A stretch of DNA of 64,000 nt from assembly GCF_009914755.1 (NCBI RefSeq), contig NC_060935.1, one strand, 5' to 3'. Position numbers and translations under genes: made by a program. This DNA is from the human T2T-CHM13v2.0 reference genome, Homo sapiens. Shown piece after piece: positions 1-11,720 of the stretch; within the stretch, counting starts at the first letter, position 1; every line of letters begins with the position of its first letter. The notes beneath the pieces are model-generated. The model had not been told where the DNA came from and did not search any database. It was given only the letters and a program-made list of their open reading frames with translations.

Positions 1-170
1 AATAGAATCTTAGAGAAACCTTCAGTATCTTCCAGTCAAATTGTTTTCATTTTAGACATAAGGAAAACAAGGCTTGGGGAATTTAAATGGCTTACTCAAT
101 ACTACGTACATAAGGATAAATCTATTGTTTAAGTACTGTTATATCAACTCCCTATCTAGCACTCTGGCCA
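1..170 (-). mobile_element. MIR SINE fragment
   Basis: ttttcattttagacataaggaaaacaaggcttggggaatttaaatggcttactcaat resembles the antisense MIR core (cccattttacagatgaggaaactgaggc...aagtgacttgcccaag); boundaries approximate. Confidence 0.55.
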
Positions 171-519
171 TTGGTCTATGCATTAATTGAGACAATTTTA
201 AACATTTAAAGGAAGCACTGGAATAGTTTACAGAGTCCACATTTCTCAAAGACACCACAGTGAAACAGACACTCACTGAAACATTTTTTATCTCAATTCA
301 CTTTAAAGACAGAAGAATTAGACAGAACACTTCCAGAAGCCGAATATATATTTTATTCCCTTTTCAATTTTCCTTGGGATAGAGCAAAATATGCAGTACA
401 AACTAAGCTCCAAATATCTGATTTTGAGAAAAATGACAGTCATAGACTACTAAGTTGAGTTATATTTATTTAAATATAATTAATGGAAAAACACCTATTT
501 CTACAAAATTGCAATAGAG

Positions 520-700
520 ATTGGGGAATGATTTACTAGATCCTTAACTGATGATTGAAAATTGCCCAATCTTCCCATGCCTCAACTTCACCAACTGTAA
601 AATGAATTAATAATTTTGTCCATCTGATAAAATAATTCTGAGAATTAAATTAAAATATTTAATATACACAAAGTACTAAGTATTCTCCCTGGCCTACTGG
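520..700 (+). mobile_element. MIR SINE fragment
   Basis: gcctcaacttcaccaactgtaaaatgaattaataat matches the MIR core gcctcagtttcctcatctgtaaaatgggaataat; boundaries approximate. Confidence 0.55.
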
Positions 701-744
701 GCTTGACATTTGCTTGCACTAGTAATACCTAATTGCTTTCATTA

Positions 745-915
745 CTATGGATAGTGTATTGGTCCAGGCTATAGACCTGCATTCAAGCCGCTACTCAATT
801 AGTGCAAACTATGCCAACTTAAGTATAGTATTTTACCTCTCTGGGCTTATTCCCCAACTTTGAAACAGTATAATGGATCCTATTCCACAGGGTTGCTTTA
901 AAGATAATGTGTTTA
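745..915 (+). mobile_element. MIR SINE (left part), interrupted by the L1 at 916-5084
   Basis: cctctctgggcttattccccaactttgaaacagtataatggatcctattccacagggttgc is MIR core-like; MIR-like tail appears to resume after 5100. Confidence 0.5.
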
Positions 916-3900
916 TCTTTGGCTCTGTTTATATGATGGATTACATTTATTGATTTGTGTATGTTGAACCAGCCTTGCATCCCATGGATGAAGCCAACTT
1001 GATTGTGGTGCATAAGCTTTTTGATGTGCTGTTGGATTCGGTTTGCCAGTATTTTATTGAGAATTTTTGCATCGATGTTCATCAGGAATATTGGTCTAAA
1101 ATTCTCTTTTTTGTGTGTGTCACTGCCAGGCTTTGGTATCAGGATGATGTTGGTCTCATAAAATAATTTAGGGAGGATACTCTCTTTTTCTATTGATTGG
1201 AATAGTTTCAGAAGGAATGGTACCAGCTCCTTTTTGTACCTCTGGTAGAATTCAGCTGTGAATCCATCTGGTCCTGGACTTTTTTTGGTTGGTAGGCTAT
1301 TAATTATTGCCTCAACTTCAGAGCCTGTTATTGGTCTATTCAGGGATTCAGGGATTCAACTTCTTCCTGGTTGTCTTGGGAGGGTGTATGTGGCTAGGAG
1401 TTTATCCACTTCTTCTAGATTTTCCAGGTTATTTGCATAGAGCTGTTTATAGTATTCTCTGATGGTAGTTTATATTTCTGTGGGATCTTTTTTATTGCAT
1501 CTGTTTGATTCTTCTCTCTTTTCTTCTTTATTAGTCTTGCTAGCAGTCTATCAATTTTGTTGATCTTTCAAAAAACCAGCTCCTGGATTCATTGATTTTT
1601 TGAAGGGTTTTTTGTGTCTCTATCTCCTTCAGTTCTGCTCTGATATTAGTTATTTCTTGCATTCTGCTAGCTTTTGAATGTGTCTGCTCTTGCTTCTCTA
1701 GTTCTTTTAATTGTGATGTTAGGGTGTCAATTTTAGATCTTTCCTGCTTTCCCTTGTGGGCATTTAGTGCTATAAATTTCCTTCTACACACTGCTTTAAA
1801 TGTGTCCCAGAGATTCTGCTGTGTTGTGTCTTTGTTCTCGTTGGTTTCGAAGAACATCTTTATTTCTGCCTTCATTTCATTATATACCCAGTAGTCATTC
1901 AGGAGCAGGTTGTTCAGTTTCCATGTAGGTGAGCAGTTTTGAGTGAGTTTCCAATCCTGAGTTCTAGTTTGATTGCACTGTGGTCTGAGAGACAGCTTGT
2001 TATAATTTCTGTTCTTTTACATTTGCTGAGGAGTGCTTTACTTCCAACTATGTGGTCAATTTTGGAATAAGTGCAATGTAGTGCTGAGAAGAGTGTATAT
2101 TCTGTTGATTTGGGGTGGAGAGTTCTGTAGATGTCTATTAGGTCTGCTTGGTGCAGAGCTGAGTTCAATTCCTAGATATCCTTGTTAACTTTCTGTCTCG
2201 TTGATCTGTCTAATATTGACAGTGGGGTGTTAAAGTCTCCCATTATTATTGTGTGGGAGTCTAAGTCTCTTCGTAGGTCTCTAAGGACTTGCTTTATGAA
2301 TCTGGGTGCTTCCGTATTGGGTACATATATATTTAGGATAGTTAGCTCTTCTTGTTGAATTGATGCCTTTACCATTACATAATGGCCTTCTTTGTCTCTT
2401 TTGATCTTCGTTGGTTTAAAGTCTCTTTTATCAGAGACCAGGATTGCAACCCCTGCTTTTTTTTTTTGTTTTCCATTTGCTTGGTACATCTTCCTCCATC
2501 CCTTTATTTTGAGACCTTGTGTGTCTCTGCACGTGAGATGGGTCTCCTGAATACAGCACACTGATGTGTCTTGACTCTTTATCCAATTTGCAAGTCTTGT
2601 CTTTTAATTGGAGCATCTAGCCCATTTACATTTAAGGTTAGTAATGTTATGTGTGAATTTGATCCTGTCATTATGATGTTAGCTGGTTATTTTGCTTATT
2701 CGTTGATGCAGTTTCTTGCTAGCATCAACGGTCTTTACCATTTGGCATGTTTTTGCAGTGGCTGGTACCGGTTGTTCCTTTCCATGTTTAGTGCTTCCTT
2801 CAGGAGCATGATTATCTCAATAGATGCAGAAAAGGCCTTCGACAAAATTCAACAGCGCTTCATGCTAAAAACTCTCAATGAACTAGGTATTGATGGGACA
2901 TATCTCAAAATAATAAGAGCTATTTATGAAAAACCCACAGCCAATATCACACTGAATGGGCAAAAACTGGAAGCATTCCCTTTGAAAACTGGCACAAGAC
3001 AGGGATGCTCTCTCTCACCACTTAAATTCAACATAGTGTTGGAAGTTCTGGCCAGGGCTATCAGGCAGAAGAAAGAAATAAAGGGAATTCAGTTAAGAAA
3101 AGAGGAAGTCAAATTGTCCCTGTTTGCAGATGACATGATTGTGTATTTAGAAAACTGCAACATCTCAGCCCCAAGTCTCCTTAAGCTGATAAGCAACTTC
3201 AGCAAAGTCTCAGGATACAAAATCAGTGTGCAAAAATCACAAGCATTCCTACACACCAATAATGGACAAATTGAGAGCCAAATCATTAGTGAACTCCCAT
3301 TTACAATTGCTTCAAAGAGAATAAAATACCTAAGAATACAACTTACAAGTAATGTGAAGGACCTCTTCAAGGAAAACTACAACTCACTCAATGCAACTAC
3401 ACTGCTCAATGAAATAAAAGAGGACACAGACAAATGGAAGAACACTCCATGCTCTTGGATAGGAAGAATCAATATCGTGAAAATGGTCATACTGCCCAAG
3501 GTAATTTATAGATTCAATGCCATCCCCAACAAGCTACCAATGACATTCTTCACAGAATTGGAAAAAACTACTTTAAAGTTCATATGGCACCAAAAAAAGA
3601 GCCTGCATTGCCAAGACAATCATAAGCCAAAAGAACAAACCTGGAGGCATCATGCTACCTGACTTCACACTATTCTACAAGGCTGCAGTAACCAAAACAG
3701 CATGGTACTGGTACCAAAACAGAGATATAGACCAATGGAACAGAACAGAGCCCTCAGAAGTAACACCATACATTTACAACCATATAATTTTTGACAAACC
3801 TGACAAAAACAAGAAATGGGGAAAGGATTCCCTATTTAATAAATGGTGCTGGGAAAACTGGCTAGCCATATGTAGAAAGCTGAAAGTGGATCCCTTCCTT

Positions 3901-5084
3901 ACACCTTATATAAAATTAATTCAAGATGGATTAAAGACTTAAATGTTATACCTAAAACCTTAAAAACCCAAGAAAAAAACCTAGGCTATACCATTCAGGA
4001 CATAGGCATGTTCAAAACTTCATGACTAAAACACCAAAAGCAATGGCAACAAAAGACAAAATTGACAAATGGGATCTAATTAAACTAAAGAGCTTCTGCA
4101 CAGCAAAAGAAACTACCATCAGAGTAATCAGGCAACCTACAGAATGGGAGAACATTTTTACAATCTACCCATCTGACAAAGGGCTAATATCCAGAATCTA
4201 CAATGAACTCAAACAAATTTACAAGAAAAAAGCAAACAACCTCATCAACAAGTGGGCAAAGGATATGAACAGACACTTCTCAAAAGAAGACATTTATGCA
4301 GCCAACAGACACATGAAAAAATGCTCATAATCACTGGCCATCAGAGAAATGAAAATCAAAACCACAATGAGATACCGTCTCACACCAGTAAGAATGGCAT
4401 TCATTAACAAGTCAGGAAACAACAGGTGCTGGAGAGGATGTGGAGAATTGGGAACACTTTTACATTGTTGGTGGGACTGTAAACTAGTTCAACCATTGTG
4501 GAAGACAGTGTGGCAATTCCTCAAGGATCTAGAACTAGAAATACCATTTGACCCAGCCATCCCATTACTGGGTGTATACCCAAAGGATTATAAACCATGC
4601 TGCTATAGACACATGCACATGTATGTTTATTGCGGCACTATTCACAATAGCAAGGACTTGGAACCAACCCATATGTCCATCAGTGATAGACTGGATTAAA
4701 AAAAATGTGGCACATATACACCATGGAATACTATGCAGCCATAAAAAAGGATGAGTTCACGTCCTTTGTAGGGACATGAATGAAGCTGGAAACCATCATT
4801 CTCAGCAAACTATCTCAAGGATGGAAAACCAAACATGGCATGTTCTCACTCATAGGTGGGAATTAAACAATGAGGACTCTTGGACAGAGGAAGGGAACAT
4901 CACACACCGGGGCCTGTCGTGCGGTTGAGGGAAGGGGGAGGGATAACATTAGGAGATGTATCTAATGTAAATGACATGTTAATGGGTGCAGCACACCAAC
5001 ATGGCACAGGTATACATATGTAACAAGCCTGCACGTTGTGCACATGTACCCTAGAACTTAAAGTATAATAACAAAAAATAAAAA
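916..5084 (+). mobile_element. 5'-inverted, 5'-truncated LINE-1 (L1PA5/6-like). Inverted segment 916-2807 (ORF1 C-terminus, inter-ORF, ORF2 endonuclease, on - strand) plus sense segment 2807-5084 (RT, C-domain, 3'UTR, poly(A))
   Basis: Minus-strand ORF2 peptides ([24 protein letters not shown]) and plus-strand RT peptides ([23 protein letters not shown]); canonical 3'UTR ending ctagaacttaaagtataata; 16-bp TSD aaagataatgt(g/a)ttta at 900-915 and 5085-5100; EN-type site ttt|aaag. Confidence 0.97.
2808..4660 (+). pseudogene. Disrupted L1 ORF2p RT and C-terminal region
   Basis: Frames 2571-3662, 3652-3942, 4022-4330 and 4349-4699 give consecutive ORF2p peptides (FADD motif, CWRGCGE..HCWWDC knuckle) split by frameshifts and stops. 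Confidence 0.93.
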
Positions 5085-5630
5085 AAAGATAATGTATTTA
5101 AACCCAAAAAACTATAGGTAGTTTTCAGCCTGGTGCCTATGATATTCTCAGAGTTTATTAAATTGTGTCTTTCTCCTATATACTCACATCACCCATGTAC
5201 AGATATTTATATAGAGAGTACAGTATCTTAATATTTAGTTCTAAATATTCAGTTGTGAGTAGGGCAAGGCCCCCTGAGATCTTCTAAAGAAGGTAATTGA
5301 CACTTTCATAAAATGTCAAACCAAGAAACAGATGAGGTTAATAGTATATTCATCTTTCTAAAAGAAGAAAAAAATTATAATTTTGGAAATTAAAGTGTTA
5401 TCAACTTAGCTTTGCTTTGAGAAACAAACGTAAACTTCATAATTTATGATGAGTATAAAAAGGACTCTGAGAAAATACTAGGGGACTGTCAGGTTAAATG
5501 AAACACTGAAGACCTTGGGAGATTCAAAATATCTATGAAGGAATTCCATTTATTATTTTGATGTTTTGGGAAATTTGTGTTGCTTGATCCACTATAAGAG
5601 TTTAAGAAATATTAGGAAGCAAAGAGGCAG

Positions 5631-5997
5631 TGTATTAGTCCATCTTCATGCTGCGGATAGAGACATACCCGAGACTGGGTAATTTATACAGGAAAAGCTG
5701 TTTAATGGATTTACAGTTCCAAGCAGCTGGGGAGGCCTCAGAATCATGGCAGAAGGCAAGGAGGATCAAGTCATGTTTTACATGGATGGCCGCAGGCAAA
5801 GAGAGGGCTCGTACAGGGAAACCAGTGTTTTTAAAACTGTCAGATCTCATGAGACTTATTCACTATCACAAGAAGAGCACAGGAAAGACCTGCCCCCATG
5901 ATTCAGTTATCTCACACCAGGCCCCTCCCACAACATGTAGGAACTATGGGAGCTACCAGATGAGATTTGGGTGGGGACACAGAACCAAACCATATCA
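5631..5997 (-). mobile_element. THE1 (THE1C-like) MaLR solo LTR
   Basis: Starts tgtattagtcc and ends aaccatatca (reverse complement of TGATATGGTT...TAATACA); 5-bp TSD ggcag/gggag. Confidence 0.92.
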
Positions 5998-6572
5998 GGG
6001 AGGATGTCAGTAAAGAGAGACCAGGAGGCAGGAGGGAGAAATGGAGGTAGGTCTCTATGACATGCTTAGCAAGCTTTTTAACCATAAAGAATCATGATTG
6101 TTTAAATCATCATAGAAGCCAGAGGAATGAAATAAGGGTAGAAGACCAATTTATTAAATATTACCTATCATCTACTATGCTAAGTATGAACTAACTCAAT
6201 GTAACCCATTTAGGCTTTGTGCTACTAGGCTCAATAGAACATCACTGCTGCAACCAAGGACACTTATGAAAAAAAGTCAAATAAATATTTTAATGATAAA
6301 TTAGTTACGTTGCAAAACTTTTCAGAAATATATATTCTTCAACTTTTATTCTCAATGTAGATTTCAAACACAGCTGCTAATAAAAACATTCACCCTAAAT
6401 CCAAGATCTCTTAAGCTTGCTCACAAACAGTCCTCATAGGCTGCTTCTTTTGTTTTTCCTTCTAGCGCAATCTTATTATACAGGCCAACTTGGTTTTCCT
6501 GTGGGATTATTCGACTAAAGCCTAGACTCCTCCATCAGTTCAACAAAAGGGATCATTTCACACTTGCCTTCA

Positions 6573-6935
<363 letters not shown>

Positions 6936-7240
6936 TTAAGTAAAGTGTATATCTCAATAAAAAAGTCATTTGTTTTGTTCCCAGCTATATCTCCAAATTT
7001 AGCACAATACCTAGTGTGAGTGAAAAGAGATTTGTGAAATGAAAACCTCTAAGTTATCTTCCTTTGTTTAATTTTGGTTTCTACACTTAGAAGAAAATGA
7101 GGATAGAAGGACACATGTAAAAATAAAAATCTTTTTTTTTTGATAGGCTTTATGATTGAAAAAGGTAAGGAAGGTCCCCAAGAAAAGTACAAACATCTAA
7201 TTTATCAAAGCAATACTAAAATATTCATTAAGTAAAATAC

Positions 7241-7529
<289 letters not shown>

Positions 7530-8117
7530 AAGTAAAATATTTATTTACTATTTAGTAAACTAGTGTTTACTCCACTCATTCATGCTTAGCATTGTGGCTA
7601 ATAGGAAATGTTTAATACATTTCTCCTTATTCCCTTGTTTCATTCCTCTGGCTTCTACTATGTCTTAAACTAGTGTTTACTAGTGATTAGCATTGCCTAT
7701 ATTTCAGAATGCTTTGGAAGGTTATAACAGCTCATAATAGGCTAGAATTTATATGTGACACTTTCTTATAAACATGAAGCAATTATAAATGTGAGAGCAA
7801 TTTGCATTAATATACTTGATATCAAAGGACAGTGTGTGCCAATATCAAATGAGTTGTATATTTAGCAAAGGCTAAGGATGCTCACAGGTAGAAATTATTA
7901 TAGGCTAGTGTAGTCAGGAATACTAAATGGGACAGGTGATTAATTTACTGTTTCATGCTAAACTGTACCCTGATGGTGTTAGTGAAAATAATTTAATATT
8001 TTGTGATGTGCTATTAGAAGCACTGTCTCCTATTACTACTGCCCTCTATCTACTATACAAATTTATACTTGTTATTTAGTAATATGACTGATAGGAATAA
8101 TAAAATATTATATGCTA

Positions 8118-8900
8118 GTTCCATTCATTTATTCAGCATTTAACAATTATGTGTTGGTGTGTAACAAAACACAATATAAAAGTCATTGTTCAAGTGCTCA
8201 TTTCAAAGCAGTGAAGAGAACAAAAATATCCCCTATTTTCATGCAGCTCACATTCCCAGTGGGTGAGATATTTAATTTAAAAGTTAAGAATCATATAATA
8301 TTATTATTTCTTATGCAGTGTTCCATTAAAAAAATAAACTGGTGAACAAGAAATACAGTACCCCGGAGGGAGTACTTTAGTAATACTAGTGTGTCATGGA
8401 ACTCTTCTAAGGAACTACATTTTGTTCACATCTGAAAAATGAGAATGAATGAGACTCATGAACTGCTGTGGGAAAATAAATCCAGGTAAAAGAATGACAA
8501 CTGCAACATTCTATCTGTAGAGAAAAAGCTGAGTTCTTCACTGAAAGGAAAAGGAAGCTGTTGTGGCCAGGCAATACTGGTTTAGTTGTGGAATGTTATG
8601 AGATGAGTCTAGGAATGTAGAAAGAAAGTGGGTCACATTGTGGATATGCAATCCATGAAAAACATAATAGATTTTATTCAAAGAGCAATGCAAAACAGTT
8701 GTAGAATTTTGTGCACAAATAAAACAGAGAAGTAACAGTATGATTTGTGCTACTGAAGATCATCTGGGCTGCCGAAGAATGGGTTCCATGAAGGATGGAT
8801 TGGAATCAGGGAGGAGACAAGTGATTCTAGGAGACTCGAAGTGAGATGAGAGTGAGAAGGACTAAGATGAGGCATTGGAGACAGTAGGGATGGCTTAGAA
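8118..8900 (-). mobile_element. L2 LINE remnant
   Basis: ttcattcatttattc-like L2 tail in antisense, cctattttcatgcagctcacattccc and further degraded L2-like motifs; boundaries approximate. Confidence 0.55.
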
Positions 8901-10013
8901 CCCTCAGGGTCCTGCTGAAGTCAACCTCATTCAGTAAGTATAGTTGCTATACAATGGGATGGAGCAGAATGGATATTGAGGGAATAACCACAATATCCAC
9001 TACAGCATACATTTAAAAAAATTAGATAAAGGAGAAGTGTTTAAGTTACTACAAAAAAATATGATTAGTTGGATGGTAGAGGGATTTTGCATTAATATTA
9101 GTAAACTGTACTTTATAGCTGAATTTGATCATTCAACCACAAGATGGCCTGCTTTATAATGTAGAAACACTTGTCAGTATTTTACCAAATACTGGTGTTC
9201 AATGGAGCACAGTTATAGAGAATAGATTATATTTCTGAGGTGCAGTAAACAAATGGTTTAAATTTCCTTTCCAAATCCAGGATTCTGTAAAAACAATGTG
9301 GCATGATTTTTCTATCACTTAACATAGTCACATTGGATGTCTGAGAGGTCAGGCAGATAAGAGATTTTTAAACATTTAATGAACAGTTATCTAAACATTT
9401 TGTGACATAGCAGGTATTATAGAATTTGTCAATAATGTATCAAATATGGGGTATATCTGTCACTTGGTTTTCTCTCTTAAATCTGCCATACATCTGGTAT
9501 TGGTAAAATTTCGGCTCTTGCATCTTAAGGAGTTATTTTATTGCCACGTATTCTGCATGGGAAGTACATTTCTAAGCTTCCTTTTGTTAATGTGTCTTAT
9601 CTGAATATATAAAATCTTTTTGTCAATTAGTCAAGGTGGATGATCTAGGTTATAGGACACTGAATCCATACCCTTTCTTATTCTCTGCTCTACTTGAAGA
9701 CCTTGAACTGTATATTTCCTTTCTCTGTCTCTCAAGTTCATGTCAGTGATTACAAGACAGTGTAGAACAATTAAAAGAAATCCAGTACAACAAAACCAAA
9801 TCATGGCTTGTTTCAAAACAAGTGAGCTATTAATAACATCTTAAAATAAAATAACACTTACTTGTATTAACTAGCAAAAAAGCATTTTCCTCACTTCCAT
9901 GCCATTCTACCAATGTCCTGAAGTAATTGAACCAGAGATTTGGAGGTAAGCCACATCAAAAATTACAGTTAACATGTAAACAATTATATATAGTTTTAAT
10001 TCAGTTTTTTCAA

Positions 10014-10097
10014 TATTCAGATATTACATCTGCAAGATGATAAGGAACTATCATACAATTTCACCAATGAAGATACAACAGATCAGAAAAGTAATTA
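10014..10097. repeat. Copy 1 of an 84/85-bp dispersed direct duplication (within a MIR-like remnant)
   Basis: tattcagatattacatctgcaagatg...cagaaaagtaatta recurs at 11401-11485 with 2 substitutions and a 1-nt insertion. Confidence 0.95.
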
Positions 10098-10159
10098 ACT
10101 TTGCATACACCGAAGAGGCGTTTCAGCTCCCCAGGATAGAAATTATGATCCCATAAGAA

Positions 10160-10260
10160 GGCTGATGCAGGGTTTGTATAGCCTGAATCTTATACAATTT
10201 GGGATATGTGTGTGGGAAAGCCCTGTATAGGAAAAATAATACAAGTTACTAGTATCAATA
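10160..10260. mobile_element. Possible ancient hAT-type DNA transposon end
   Basis: cagggtttgtatagcctgaatcttatacaatttggg...gaaaaataatacaa resembles ancient non-autonomous hAT termini; family not identified. Confidence 0.3.
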
Positions 10261-10371
10261 TTTTCTTTCATTTTTTTCACCTACCTTCTTTATTGATATT
10301 TAGAAGTTTATATTCGAAGACAGGAGAAAAACTTTGCCTCTTTAACATCTCAAACATTTGGTAAGAGGTAG

Positions 10372-10760
10372 TGTATTAGTGCATTCTCACTCTGCTATAA
10401 AGAAATACTCAACACTGGGTAATTTATAAAGGAAAGACATTCAATGGACTCACAGTTCTGCATTGCTGGGGTGGCTTCAGGAAACTTAAAATCATTGGTG
10501 GAAGGCAAAGGAGAAGCAGGCACCTTTCTCACAGGGCAGCAGGATGGAGGGAGTGCCATCACGGGAAATGCCAGAAGTTTATAAATCCATCAGATCTAGT
10601 AAGATTCACTATGATGAGAACAGCATGGGGAAAATCGCTCCCATGATCCAATTATTAATACCTCCACCTGGTCCTGTCCTTGACACGTGAGGATTATGAA
10701 GATTATGGGGATTACAATTCAAGATGAGGTTTTAGGTGGGGACACAGCCAGACCATATCA
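10372..10760 (-). mobile_element. THE1D-like MaLR solo LTR
   Basis: tgtattagt...accatatca termini; perfect 5-bp TSD ggtag at 10367-10371 and 10761-10765. Confidence 0.93.
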
Positions 10761-10849
10761 GGTAGGCATCCTGGGGCTGTCCACATGAATGGACATGGTA
10801 CACAGTTTAAATTATTAATATTTATATACACGTAATTTATATACATTAT

Positions 10850-11010
10850 TACAACTTAGCCTCACAAGCAGGAAGAAATTGCTATTTTCCCCATTTTACA
10901 GATCAGGAGCTCAGAAAAGTCAGGGAATTTGAGAAAATTCACAAAATTACTATGAGGTGGGTTCAAGTCCGCACTGCCTGACTACAAATCTCTTGCTCCT
11001 GCACTCTACT
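10850..11010 (-). mobile_element. MIR SINE
   Basis: cccattttacagatcaggagctcagaaaag...ctgcctgactacaaatctcttgctc. Confidence 0.7.
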
Positions 11011-11349
11011 GTTACATCTTGACACGAGTTACTAAAATGAAAGGGAGGCATATTCTACATGGAAGAAAATGGAATGAAACACTCAATTTCCAAATCTCAA
11101 ATATTCTTTAGGACTTACAGCCTACACTTTTAGTCAGCAAGGAGCTTACACTTCCATTCCCTTCATGACATTACTGGGCCAAGCATGTCCTCTTGTAATC
11201 AAGACCTGATAATTCCCAAATTATTTTGGCTCCAGGTGTCCTTTTTTCATATTCTGTCATTTGATTTTTTCTGCAGTTACTTTTTATCTTGGAAAGCACA
11301 AGCATATTCTCTGTACTCTCAAATGACCCACATTCACATTCCTGTGGAA

Positions 11350-11720
11350 TTTAGAGTTTTCCCACATATATATAATATATGTATATAATATATATCTTAT
11401 TATTCAGATATTACATCTGCAAGATGATAAGGAACTATCATACAATTTCACCAATGAGGATACAACACATCAGAAAAGGTAATTATATGTATGAGGAAAC
11501 TCTTAAGATATAGATAATATATTATATATTATCTATATCTTAAGAGTTCTCTCTCTATATATAATATATATTATGATCTATATTATATGCATTTATATAT
11601 TGTATTAATTATATATTAATTATTATATAATATATATTTATAATATATAATATATTATATATAGAGAGACCTCTTAAGATATATATGTTATATATAATAT
11701 ATTATATATATCTTAAGATT
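11350..11720. repeat. AT-rich nested palindrome chain containing duplication copy 2 (11401-11485)
   Basis: Palindrome 11498-11548 (25-bp arms around a 1-nt centre); self-complementary tcttaaga at 11501, 11538, 11672 and 11711 punctuating successive inverted arms. Confidence 0.9.
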
